In this document: positions 47,594 through 56,214 of the stretch, one piece after another | How positions within the stretch are numbered: position 1 is the stretch's first letter | Layout: each line of letters begins with the position of its first letter | Origin: a virus | Taxonomy: Duplodnaviria; Caudoviricetes | IMG/VR virus record: IMGVR_UViG_638276471_000001 | Coordinates: 3,189 to 67,188 of that record | Length of the DNA stretch: 64,000 nt | Strand: one strand, 5' to 3' | Translations under genes and position numbers: made by a program | Notes under the pieces: generated by a model | What the model was told of the DNA's origin: nothing | Database searches by the model: none | The model's input: only the letters and a program-made list of their open reading frames with translations

Positions 47594-49423
47594 TTACACC
47601 TTCGCCCATCGGTGTCCCATGTCCGCGCGGTCGGTGCGCAACATGAAGTCGTCGCGCTTGGCCCAGCGGGTCAGGAACTCCGGTGGCGTCATCATGATGT
47701 GCTCAACCTCGGCGGCCACATCGGTGTCCACCACCAGCTCGTCGTGCATGGCCAGCTGCACATGGCCGGACAGCCCAACCTCGTCCAGGCGCACGATGGT
47801 GTGCGCCAGCACGTCGTAGGCCGACCCCTGGCAGATGTAGTTGACCGCCCGGTAGCTGCCCTGCTGGTCCACCGGCAGGATGCGGCCACCGCCGGTGACG
47901 ATGCGCCCGTGGGTGATGGCGATGGACTCGACCTTGGCCATGAAGTCGCGGCTGGCGGGCATGGCCGCGAGCATCTGCCGCCGAATCTGTGCCGCCGATT
48001 CCTCGGTGTGGCCGATGCGCCGGGCCATGGACCGCGCGCCCTGGCCGTACATCGTGGCCAGCAGGATCACCTTGGCCATCGGCCGGTCGATGCCGCACGC
48101 GCGCATGATCGGCTCGTACAGGTCGGCGTCCTTTTCGAAGAACGGTGCCAGGAACTCCCGGTCACCGGCCATCAGCGCCATCGTGACCGGCTCGATCTGC
48201 GCCCAGTCCACCGAGGTGAGGCCTTGGCCGTCGTCCACAATGATCGGCCGGGCGTCCTTGGGGAACTGCTGGAGTTCGGGGGAGCCGTAGCTCATGCGCC
48301 CGGTGGCCGAGGCCCCCAGGATGGCGACCTGCGGATGGCACCGCCCGGTCACGGCGGCCTGACGCGCCACCTTCTCCAGGTAGCCGAGCACCTTGTCGCT
48401 CACCGCCAGCGCACGCTGCGCGGCGGCGACCGGGTGGTCCAAGGTCTCCAGGTGTTCCTTGGCCGCGCTCGGCGCACCTTTCGGTGTACGCGGCCAGTCG
48501 CTGGGCAACTCGCCACGAGCCTCCAGCCATTTGACCAGCGCCGGACCTTTACCGGTGCCGCCTTCCAGGTCGTACTGGGCCAGGAATGCGGCGTGCTCCA
48601 GGCGCTTGTCGTGCTCGCGCTCGCGGTACTCGTCCAGGTAGTCCCGATCCACGGCCAGGCCGCGCGCGCTGCGCTGGAGCATCACCCAGTGCGCGATCTC
48701 CTGCACCTCCAGCACCTCCAAGGCCTCAGCCTCGGTGGTGGCACCGAACTCGGCGAACGGGTGGCTGGTGGTCCACTCGACGCACTTACGCCGCAGCACC
48801 GGCTCCAGCAGCAGGGTGGCCACGGTGTCGGCCATCGCGCCCTGCCGGTAGATCGGGGCGTCGATGTTCATGTTCTCGTATCCGTCCTGAATGGTCTTGA
48901 ACCCGGCGGCCTTGAACGCCCGCTCCATGCCACCGGCCACGTCGACCAGGCCCAGCAGGTGCACCGCGCAGGCCTCCAGCGTCTTGCGTGGCAGCGGCGG
49001 GCCGTAGCTGTCCGGGTAGGCGAACCGGGCCAGCAGGACCGTGTCGGCAATCTTGCGAATCTCCCCGGCGTCGATCAGGCCGTGGTGCCACAGCGGCGGT
49101 ACGTCGAAGCTGGCGTTGTGGAACACCAGCTTGCAGGCACGTGCGAACACATCGCGCGCGGCCTGGCGGTGCGCGGGCCAGCGAATCGGATCCAGCAGCA
49201 CCGACTCGATGGTGCCGTCCCAGCCGATCCAGGCGGCGGTCAGGCAGTTGATCTCGAAGTTGCGGTCCAGGCCGGGGGTCTCGATGTCGGCCGCCACCGG
49301 GATGCCCGACGGCATGGCCGCCACCACCTCCAGCGCGTTGCGACCGGTGTGCATGTGGCAGTTCAAGCCGGTGTGGAGCCAGGAGGTGTCCGGCACCGGT
49401 TCGTAGGTGATGGTGATGGTCAC
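47594..49423 (-). CDS. polA: DNA polymerase, family A (3'-5' exo + pol)
   Basis: DIET, FHNASFD, TGRMS, LQQFP, DWAQIE, AKVILLATMYG, NYICQGSAYD, MHDEL. Confidence 0.93.
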   Translation of the reverse strand: MTITITYEPVPDTSWLHTGLNCHMHTGRNALEVVAAMPSGIPVAADIETPGLDRNFEINCLTAAWIGWDGTIESVLLDPIRWPAHRQAARDVFARACKLVFHNASFDVPPLWHHGLIDAGEIRKIADTVLLARFAYPDSYGPPLPRKTLEACAVHLLGLVDVAGGMERAFKAAGFKTIQDGYENMNIDAPIYRQGAMADTVATLLLEPVLRRKCVEWTTSHPFAEFGATTEAEALEVLEVQEIAHWVMLQRSARGLAVDRDYLDEYREREHDKRLEHAAFLAQYDLEGGTGKGPALVKWLEARGELPSDWPRTPKGAPSAAKEHLETLDHPVAAAQRALAVSDKVLGYLEKVARQAAVTGRCHPQVAILGASATGRMSYGSPELQQFPKDARPIIVDDGQGLTSVDWAQIEPVTMALMAGDREFLAPFFEKDADLYEPIMRACGIDRPMAKVILLATMYGQGARSMARRIGHTEESAAQIRRQMLAAMPASRDFMAKVESIAITHGRIVTGGGRILPVDQQGSYRAVNYICQGSAYDVLAHTIVRLDEVGLSGHVQLAMHDELVVDTDVAAEVEHIMMTPPEFLTRWAKRDDFMLRTDRADMGHRWAKV

Positions 49424-49809
49424 AGCACGCCTCGCACTTGGTCGATGAGTTTGATGGTCAGGTCGGTGCCGGGCACGTCGTCATCACCGGCATGCTTGCG
49501 CTCCCAGGTGGCCAGCACCTCTTTGACCCGGTTGGCCAGGTCCTCGCGCCCGTCGGCCTCGCCACGCTCGTAGGCGCTGGCCTCCAGGTCGCCGTGGCCG
49601 CTGGCGCAGTCGTTGACGCCCTCCTCGTAGAGGCGCTGGCGGTTCTCCTCGCGCTCCTCCTCGGTGGCCCCGGCGCACCAGGTGTCCAGCGGTACGCCGT
49701 CATCGTTGGTGCACCGGTACATGCCGTTGGCATGCACCCAGGAGCGTCCGGCCAGCACGGCGGCGTGGCCGCACTCCAGGCAGGCGCTGCGCTCGTTCAC
49801 GATTTCCAC
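49420..49809 (-). CDS. hypothetical protein
   Basis: AAGGAG RBS; CLECGH; GTGA overlap with polA. Confidence 0.7.
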   Translation of the reverse strand: MEIVNERSACLECGHAAVLAGRSWVHANGMYRCTNDDGVPLDTWCAGATEEEREENRQRLYEEGVNDCASGHGDLEASAYERGEADGREDLANRVKEVLATWERKHAGDDDVPGTDLTIKLIDQVRGVL

Positions 49810-50288
49810 GTCTGCTCCTTGGCCAGCAGTTCGCGCAGCATCTCCTGCGGCGACGGCCCGGTGTCGGCCAGCCAGTCGGCGTACACCTGCGCGGTGCCCA
49901 GCACGGTGGTGTCCGACTCGCCGGTACCGGCGTACACCTGCGCGGCGGCCTGCAAGGCCACATCACGCGGGTAGGTGCCGCCGGAAATGACCGGGTACAC
50001 CGGGTCCGGCGTGAAGGCCTCCGGGGACAGGCCGACCGCGCCGCTGGCCAGGAATGCGTCCAGGGTGCCCAGCACCACCACGTGGCACGGGTAGGTGATC
50101 CCGGCGCGCTCCGGTGTCATCGGCTCCCACCCACCGGGGCTGAGCCACACCACCCGGTCACCCTGGTCGTCGTACTCGACGTTGACGAACGCCACCGCCT
50201 TGCTGGTCGGGTCGCCTTGGATGCGGTTCCAGGTGATGAGCGTGCCGTCGGGCAACTGCTCCAGGTCTGCCTGCGTCAGGACGATCAC
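49797..50288 (-). CDS. hypothetical protein
   Basis: GGAGG RBS before GTG 50288; GTGA overlap. Confidence 0.65.
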   Translation of the reverse strand: MIVLTQADLEQLPDGTLITWNRIQGDPTSKAVAFVNVEYDDQGDRVVWLSPGGWEPMTPERAGITYPCHVVVLGTLDAFLASGAVGLSPEAFTPDPVYPVISGGTYPRDVALQAAAQVYAGTGESDTTVLGTAQVYADWLADTGPSPQEMLRELLAKEQTWKS

Positions 50289-50755
50289 CGGACGTCCTCC
50301 GCGAGTGCCAGCACCGGCAACGGGTGGTCGGCCAGGTAGGCCTCGACGGCGGCGAAGATCGGATCCAGGTCCAGCTCGGTGCGGGCCCACTGTGCCAGGT
50401 ACTCCTCGTCCCGGGCGCGGCGTGCCTCGATCTCGGACTCCCAGAGCTGGTAATCGTGCTCCATGCGGTCGGACAGTGCGCCGCTCTTGAGCACGCGGGG
50501 GCCGGACACCCGCATGCGTTTGAGTTCTCCGTCGGTGAAGCGCAGGAGCACGCGGGTCGGCCGGAACACGAACTTGGACGAGGAGTAGGGCCGGATGTCG
50601 GCCACAGTGCCGGGTTCGACGGCCAGGAACACCGTGGCGGTGATGACGGTCGGTTCCCAGACCGGCGGGGCGGTGGGGTCCGGTTGCGCCTGCATGCGGG
50701 CGTGCGCTTCCAGGCTGGAGTGCAACCAGCGGAAGCCTTCGGGGTAGGGGGTCAC
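50285..50755 (-). CDS. hypothetical protein
   Basis: GAAAGG RBS; VSGPRVLKSG motif. Confidence 0.7.
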   Translation of the reverse strand: MTPYPEGFRWLHSSLEAHARMQAQPDPTAPPVWEPTVITATVFLAVEPGTVADIRPYSSSKFVFRPTRVLLRFTDGELKRMRVSGPRVLKSGALSDRMEHDYQLWESEIEARRARDEEYLAQWARTELDLDPIFAAVEAYLADHPLPVLALAEDVR

Positions 50756-50791
50756 TGCGGTGCCTTTCTCGTGGGGTGGTTGTGACGGGGG

Positions 50792-50899
50792 TCAGGCGAG
50801 GTGCGGGGTCACCGTGTCGGCCAGGCACAGCCGGGCCCGATGTGCGCCGCACAATTCGGATGCGAACACCCTGCGCGGTGAGTGGGGTCGCTGGATCAC
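50792..50899 (-). CDS. putative 35-aa peptide (MIQRPHSP...)
   Basis: GAGGAGG RBS preceded by the cassette leader hairpin at 50921-50940. Confidence 0.45.
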   Translation of the reverse strand: MIQRPHSPRRVFASELCGAHRARLCLADTVTPHLA

Positions 50900-51015
50900 G
50901 TTGTGCCTCCTCGGCCTTCGTGGCGGGTGTGCCCGCCGTAGGGTTACCAGGTTTACCGGGTGCGGTGACCCGGGTCAAGGCGTCGGAGGGAAACGGTCGA
51001 CACCGCGCACAATGC

Positions 51016-51276
51016 CTACACGAGGCGGCGTTGTCGGATACGTGCGGAATGTTGGCCTTTATCGGCGATGATCAGCAGGCGCAAACCGGCGGCCTGCTCG
51101 GGGCCGAGGTCGGCCAGCAGCTGTTCCAGGGCACCGCGCCGGGACAGCTCCTCAGCCAGCGCCGCCACCCGGCCGGGGGTGCGCGCATCGGCCCCCTTGG
51201 CGGCTGACATTCCGAGGGCATAGCACAGCGCGGCGGTGGAGATGTTGGCAAGTGCCGGGGGCGGGGTCGAGGCCAT
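51016..51276 (-). CDS. hypothetical protein
   Basis: TACACT-N7-ATG leaderless arrangement; also downstream of the consensus promoter. Confidence 0.5.
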   Translation of the reverse strand: MASTPPPALANISTAALCYALGMSAAKGADARTPGRVAALAEELSRRGALEQLLADLGPEQAAGLRLLIIADKGQHSARIRQRRLV

Positions 51277-51329
51277 GCGGGCAAGTGTAGACCGGCGGTG
51301 TTGTGGGTCGAGCCTCACGCGCGCGCGCG

Positions 51330-51359
51330 ATTATACGCTAGGCCCCCAAGTTTTGTCAA
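51330..51359 (-). promoter_or_regulatory. perfect-consensus SigA promoter, leftward
   Basis: Minus strand TTGACA-N18-TATAAT. Confidence 0.85.
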
Positions 51360-51620
51360 ATTTTGCATGTCCCTTGACAACGCCGGTAAGCTCGTACCGC
51401 GCTCACCGGCGGAGGTACGAGCGCCGTGAGGACCGGTGTCAGAGAACCTGGTTATCGACAACGATCTATTTCCCAGGTACTATCGCGCGCGCGTGCGCGC
51501 GTACGTGTGCGCGCGCGAGGACGGGGTGTTGTGGGCGACCCCCATGGCCATGGTGTCTCCCTACCGGGGAGCCACCAGCCACCGGGAAGGCCAGACGGTG
51601 TCGACCGTTTTCGCAGGCCA

Positions 51621-51650
51621 GGAGACAATACCGCCGGTTCGCCGTATTGT
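51621..51650 (+). promoter_or_regulatory. partial cassette: rightward promoter, leaderless
   Basis: GGAGACA-ATACCGCCGGTTCGCCG-TATTGT-N8-ATG. Confidence 0.75.
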
Positions 51651-51658
51651 CGGTAACC

Positions 51659-52393
51659 ATGGCAACGAAGAAGAGCGCGCGCCAGGAGCCGATGACCCTG
51701 GCTGAGTTCGACCGGGCGGTCAACGAGCACGCTGGCAGCAACCAGGCGTTTGCTGCCACGGTCGTGGCCCTGTACAACGTGCGGCACGAGGCGGCCCTGG
51801 TGGCCGAGCGTCGCAAAGAGTGCTTCGAGCGGCTCAAGTCCTGCTTCGCGCGGGGTGAGCGGGTGGCCGCCGACCACAGCGGACGGCTTCTGCGGCAAAC
51901 GGCACCAGGGGAGCCGAAGGTGGTGCGCAGTGTGCCCAGCGCGGTGATCAAGAAATGCTCGCCGACGCTGTGGGAACAGGCCAAGGAGCCGGTGCCGTAC
52001 GTGCAGTGCAAACCCCCGGCGAAATGGCCGGTTGTGGCGGTGGAGCCGCTGCCGGAGGCACCCCCGGAGAACGCACCGCTGGCGGCGGCGCTGGATGCCT
52101 ACGAGGCGTTGGCACCGCGCGCCAAGGCGCTGCGGGAGATGGAAGAGGAGCTGGTGGACCGGCTCAAGAAGATCGGGGCGAACAACGGGTGGGACGGCCT
52201 GCCGATCGAGTTCGCCGACGGCTGGCAGGTGAGCCTGGCGCGCATGCAGTACAGCAGTGACAAGCTGGCCCGGATCGCGCCGGAAACCTTCGCTGCGCTG
52301 GCGGTGGAGACCACCCAGCAGCGTGCGCCGGTGGTCTATGTCGCCAAGCGCGGTGAAGGCCTGGCCGAGGATGAAGAAGACGACGGCGAGTGA
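51659..52393 (+). CDS. hypothetical protein
   Basis: MATKKSARQEP...; GC3-rich codons from 51659. Confidence 0.75.
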   Translation: MATKKSARQEPMTLAEFDRAVNEHAGSNQAFAATVVALYNVRHEAALVAERRKECFERLKSCFARGERVAADHSGRLLRQTAPGEPKVVRSVPSAVIKKCSPTLWEQAKEPVPYVQCKPPAKWPVVAVEPLPEAPPENAPLAAALDAYEALAPRAKALREMEEELVDRLKKIGANNGWDGLPIEFADGWQVSLARMQYSSDKLARIAPETFAALAVETTQQRAPVVYVAKRGEGLAEDEEDDGE

Positions 52394-52411
52394 CGGTTTA
52401 CCATGGTTACC

Positions 52412-52663
52412 ATGAGCGGACAACCACGAACTCGCGCCGCTGGCCGCCGTGGCCCGGTGGCCGGGGGGCCGGGCACCAAGGCGGTGCTGATCAAGGGCGT
52501 AACGCCGGAGTTGCACAAGCGATTTCGGCTGGCGTGCGTGGAGGAGGGCCTGGCGGCGCACCAGCTGCTGGACCTACTTTTGGACCAGCGCGACAGCCGT
52601 ATCCGGCGACGTTTGGCGCAGATGCGCTCCCCGTTGCACCGGCCCGCAGAGGATGACGAATGA
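52412..52663 (+). CDS. ribbon-helix-helix-like DNA-binding protein
   Basis: AVLIKGVTPELHKRFRLACVEEG....LL. Confidence 0.65.
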   Translation: MSGQPRTRAAGRRGPVAGGPGTKAVLIKGVTPELHKRFRLACVEEGLAAHQLLDLLLDQRDSRIRRRLAQMRSPLHRPAEDDE

Positions 52664-52694
52664 GCCTTCGATGGCGGCGTGACCGGGTGGTCCG

Positions 52695-53036
52695 GTGAGC
52701 GCGTGCGAGCACGGGGTGCCGGTGACCGGGTACTGCGTGCAGTGCGACGTCGACGCCAAGGTGGCCGGGGGCATGGACCTGCCCGATGGCCTGTTGCCGC
52801 CGGAGCTGGTGGCCAAGGTGGACCGGGGCGAGGCCGACGCCGACGCCGCGCTCCAGCGGGTCATCGGCGTCTACGGCGAACACATCGCGCGCGGCAAGTC
52901 GCGCACCACCACGCTGCTGGCCACCACCGTGGGCCTGGAGGCCGCCGTCAGGGCGCAGGGCGTGGAGGTGCTGTGCGGCATGCTGGCGGTGGCGGTGGCA
53001 CGGTTGTACGACGTACGGGAGGCCAAGAAACGATGA
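52695..53036 (+). CDS. hypothetical protein
   Basis: CEHG...CVQC N-terminus; ATGA overlap downstream. Confidence 0.65.
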   Translation: MSACEHGVPVTGYCVQCDVDAKVAGGMDLPDGLLPPELVAKVDRGEADADAALQRVIGVYGEHIARGKSRTTTLLATTVGLEAAVRAQGVEVLCGMLAVAVARLYDVREAKKR

Positions 53037-53692
53037 GCGTGGCCCTGGCCAACGGTGACGACGGCGACGACGGCGGCGCTATCGAGCGCCCGGTGGATGA
53101 GACGCTGTGGGAGCGGCGCATGCAGGCGGTCAGCCTGCGCAACGCCGGGATGACCTTCTCCGAGATCGCGCGTATCCAAGGCATCAGCCCGGCCCTGGCG
53201 CGCCGGGACGTGGAGACCGCGCTGCGCGAGTTCATGTCCGGGGAGATCGACCAGCTGATCGCCCGGCACCGCTCGGTGCTGATGGACATGCAGCGCGCCA
53301 ACTACCGGGCCATGCTCTCGGGGTCCAAGGAGGCCGCCACCACGATCCTCAAAGGCCTGGAGCACGAGGCCAAACTGCTCGGCCTGTACGCGCCGACCCG
53401 GGTGGTCACCGGCGTCGGTGAGGTCGAGTTCTCCGAGCGTTTCGTCCAACTGGTCAACGCCATCTCCCCCGACACCCTCAAGGAGCTACTTCGTGGAGCA
53501 CAACACACCGGCGAACCCCGACAGCAACCCGTCGACGCCGAAGTCGTCCCTGACCCCGTGGCAGAAACGCCTGGCGGTGCTGGCGCAGAAGCTGGGCCCG
53601 GGGGTGAAGCTGGCGGTGCTGATGCCGCGCCAGCACGGGAACCGGCACCAGACCACGGTGGTGACGACGCCGACGGCTGGTCCAACCTGTGA
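53033..53692 (+). CDS. HTH protein, probable terminase small subunit
   Basis: RRMQAVSLRNAGMTFSEIA..GIS...RDV and AKLLGLYAP. Confidence 0.6.
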   Translation: MSVALANGDDGDDGGAIERPVDETLWERRMQAVSLRNAGMTFSEIARIQGISPALARRDVETALREFMSGEIDQLIARHRSVLMDMQRANYRAMLSGSKEAATTILKGLEHEAKLLGLYAPTRVVTGVGEVEFSERFVQLVNAISPDTLKELLRGAQHTGEPRQQPVDAEVVPDPVAETPGGAGAEAGPGGEAGGADAAPAREPAPDHGGDDADGWSNL

Positions 53693-53693
53693 G

Positions 53694-54227
53694 ATGCCGT
53701 CGGTGACGGACGTGGCCATCGACCACGACCACCTGGCGCAGCTGGTGGAACATCACGAGGTCAGCGCCCCCTGGCACCCCCACCTGGGCGCGGAGGCCAA
53801 GGCGGCCATCGTGTCCTCCTGCCTGGAGCGCGCCCGGGACTGGTGCACGGCGCACAGCGTGGAGGCCAACCTGTGCCAGTTCGAGCGCGTCACCGCCGGG
53901 GACGAGCGCGCCATCGGGGTGCGCTGGTCGGTCACGGTGGGCCACGGCACCAGCGCGGTGGCAGGCACCACCTGGAACGAGGTGGCCGCCCGCATGCACT
54001 GGACCTGGAGCGACCGCTGGCAGCACTGGCGCGGCTGGTTCGCCTCCATGGCGGCGGTGGCCGACGCGCACGCTCGGGCGCAGGCGGGCCTGGAAGGCGG
54101 CGGCGCGATGGTGCTCAGCCTGCCGGACAAACGCCCCACCTGGGCGGGCGGCACCGTCGGCCCGCACAGCTCGGCCTGTGACGGCGAGCCGCACCCCGGC
54201 CAGCCCTGCCCGGTCGACTGGCCGTAG
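53694..54227 (+). CDS. hypothetical protein
   Basis: Starts just after upstream stop; ends before terminator. Confidence 0.6.
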   Translation: MPSVTDVAIDHDHLAQLVEHHEVSAPWHPHLGAEAKAAIVSSCLERARDWCTAHSVEANLCQFERVTAGDERAIGVRWSVTVGHGTSAVAGTTWNEVAARMHWTWSDRWQHWRGWFASMAAVADAHARAQAGLEGGGAMVLSLPDKRPTWAGGTVGPHSSACDGEPHPGQPCPVDWP

Positions 54228-54237
54228 GCCACACAGA

Positions 54238-54271
54238 CAAAAGACCCCGCCGGTGAGGGCGGGGTCTTTTG
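54238..54271. terminator. bidirectional intrinsic terminator
   Basis: AAAAGACCCCGCC / GGCGGGGTCTTTT. Confidence 0.88.
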
Positions 54272-54346
54272 CGCGGTTACCAGTCGCTATCCAGGCGGCC
54301 AGCGTATCACTCGACCGGTGTGCACGGCGGCGTTAGGATCGGGCGC

Positions 54347-54652
54347 ATGTCTCCCGACAAACTGCCGGTCCTGCCCACCGTCGACAAGCGCCGCACGCAG
54401 GTGCCTGCGCCGGATCCCGAGGCGGTGGCCCGCCTCCAGAGCGCGACCGCCGAGCTGCGCCGGTTGGCCGACATCGCCCGCAACCTACCGACGGTGGTGA
54501 CCGTGCACGAGCGGTACGGCCAGCCACCCGGTGACCTCGCGTACACCCCGATTGAGGCCTGGACCCCACAGCAGGTGGCCATCGGCCAGGCATGGCTGCG
54601 CAACGAGATGGCCAAGGACTGGTGGCACGCCCAGGCGGCAGCTGCGCAGTGA
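54347..54652 (+). CDS. hypothetical protein
   Basis: TAGGAT-N7-ATG; GTGA overlap downstream. Confidence 0.6.
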   Translation: MSPDKLPVLPTVDKRRTQVPAPDPEAVARLQSATAELRRLADIARNLPTVVTVHERYGQPPGDLAYTPIEAWTPQQVAIGQAWLRNEMAKDWWHAQAAAAQ

Positions 54653-55206
54653 GCGACCAGGCGGTCTACGACACCGACACCGACTGGGCCAAGACCTGGG
54701 AACCCGACCACGGCCTGGTCCCGGCGGTGCTGGCCGCCGGTACCCGCCCGATTGCCAGCGTCCCGGCACGCCAGGACCGGTGCTGGCTGGTGGCCGGGCT
54801 GAAGGTGGCCGGGCTGACCGCCGATGACATTGCCGACCGCCTGCGGTGCTCGCTGCGGCTGGTGCGCACGCTGCTGGCCGAGGACATGACCAAGGTGTGC
54901 CTGGCGTACTTCGCCGAGGCCGATCATTTCGCCGATGAGCTGCGCCTGGTGCGCCACGAGCTGACCGTGCGCACCGTGCAGCTCGACCGGGAGCGCGCCG
55001 AGCACGGCCGGGTCCGCGAACAACGCGACCGGCTGATCGACATGGCGATCACCGGGGAGCCGGTGCGGCTGTGCCGCCACCAGCACCTGCTGGACAAGTA
55101 CAACACCTACGTCCATCCGCGCACCGGCAAGGTCAGTTGCCGCACCTGCCGCGCCGAGGCGGTCGAACGGTACCGGTCGAAACGAGAAACTGACATCACC
55201 AGGTGA
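54649..55206 (+). CDS. HTH protein with C-terminal Cys/His motif
   Basis: GLTADDIADRLRCSLRLVR; CRHQH...NTY...CRTC. Confidence 0.7.
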   Translation: MSDQAVYDTDTDWAKTWEPDHGLVPAVLAAGTRPIASVPARQDRCWLVAGLKVAGLTADDIADRLRCSLRLVRTLLAEDMTKVCLAYFAEADHFADELRLVRHELTVRTVQLDRERAEHGRVREQRDRLIDMAITGEPVRLCRHQHLLDKYNTYVHPRTGKVSCRTCRAEAVERYRSKRETDITR

Positions 55207-55213
55207 TGACAGC

Positions 55214-55570
55214 TCACCGGCGTCGCCGGGTCATGGCGCGCCCGGTGGCCCTGCTGGCGTTACCGCGCCGGTTGCCGCCCCGCACGGCCCCGCGCGTGGA
55301 GGCCTTGGCCCGGCCGCCGGAACCCCGCCGGTTGCCCCCGGCCCCGTGCCGGACCCGACTGCCCGCTGAGGCCAGCGCGAACTTGCCGCGCCCGCCCTTC
55401 TTGCCGCGCCGACTGCGGTCCAGCGTGCCGTTGGCGGCGGCGTTGGAGATGCGCGCGGCCTTCTCCTTGCTGTAGCCCTTGCGCCGCAGCGCCTCGTACA
55501 TGCGCGGTGCTTTGATCGACGGCCCGTGGCGGCTGGTGCCGCGCTGGGCCTCTATCCGTGGCTTGCTCAT
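55214..55570 (-). CDS. highly basic nucleic-acid-binding protein
   Basis: GPSIK...YEALRRKGYSKEKAARISNA plus Arg/Gly tail; alternative start 55579. Confidence 0.7.
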   Translation of the reverse strand: MSKPRIEAQRGTSRHGPSIKAPRMYEALRRKGYSKEKAARISNAAANGTLDRSRRGKKGGRGKFALASAGSRVRHGAGGNRRGSGGRAKASTRGAVRGGNRRGNASRATGRAMTRRRR

Positions 55571-55599
55571 GGTGGCCATGTTCCCCGTCGACCGTGCGG

Positions 55600-55902
55600 C
55601 TAACAGACCTCACGCACGGCCACCGGCACCTGGCCGCACCGGGCACGCATGATCGCGTTGCCCTGGCGGTGGCTGCACTGCGCACAGTGTGGGGCCAGGT
55701 TGTCCCGGCGGTAGGTGCCGCCTCGGATGTCCGGGATGATGCGGTCGGCGCACAGGTCCACCTCGTCCGGCCCGCACAGCACGCCACAATCCCAGCACGG
55801 CACCGTCTCGCCGTCCCCGCCCCACCCCGCCTCCGGGGACAACAGCCAGGCCTTGCGCCGGGCCCTGTCCGCCGAGCTGCCGCGCTGGTTACCGTTCGGC
55901 AT
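55600..55902 (-). CDS. HNH-like endonuclease
   Basis: CWDCG...DRIIP...GGTYRRDNL..HCAQC. Confidence 0.72.
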   Translation of the reverse strand: MPNGNQRGSSADRARRKAWLLSPEAGWGGDGETVPCWDCGVLCGPDEVDLCADRIIPDIRGGTYRRDNLAPHCAQCSHRQGNAIMRARCGQVPVAVREVC

Positions 55903-55993
55903 CGCCGGACTGCGCCAGTTCCTGGCGTTTGAGGTCGATGCCGATGGCCGATCCTTGCAGAAAGGCCAGGGCCAGGGTCAGCCAGTAGTTCAT
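55889..55993 (-). CDS. 34-aa hydrophobic peptide (MNYWLTLALAF...)
   Basis: GGAGGAG RBS, ATGA overlap; absent from ORF track. Confidence 0.5.
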   Translation of the reverse strand: MNYWLTLALAFLQGSAIGIDLKRQELAQSGDAER

Positions 55994-56214
55994 TGCTCCT
56001 CCAGTTCGATGCCGTGGTAGCGCCGCAGGTCGCGGCGCACGTGGCGGGACTGCATGTTGTCGGCGCTGGTGCCTGCGAAGGTGAGCAGGTAGCGCTCACC
56101 GTCGTAGACCTTCCAGTGACCGTTTCCGCCGAGCGTGACCCGCAGACCCGCACGCTCCAACTGCCGTTTGAGCTTGCGGGTCTGCTTGTCGGCAGGCCGT
56201 TGCCCCTTGCTCAT
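55990..56214 (-). CDS. HicA-like protein
   Basis: 74 aa basic; LERAGLRV..GGNGHWKVY...T.AGT.D...VRRDLRR; GAGGAG RBS. Confidence 0.65.
   Translation of the reverse strand: MSKGQRPADKQTRKLKRQLERAGLRVTLGGNGHWKVYDGERYLLTFAGTSADNMQSRHVRRDLRRYHGIELEEQ

Noticed and set aside
46853-49573. 906-aa plus-strand ORF over polA/primase
   Set aside because: Antisense shadow of well-supported minus-strand genes
51236-51658. 5' extension of the 51659 gene as in the ORF track (385 aa)
   Set aside because: Crosses the promoter and (CG)n region, yielding RARACARTCARAR low-complexity text; cassette promoter points to ATG 51659
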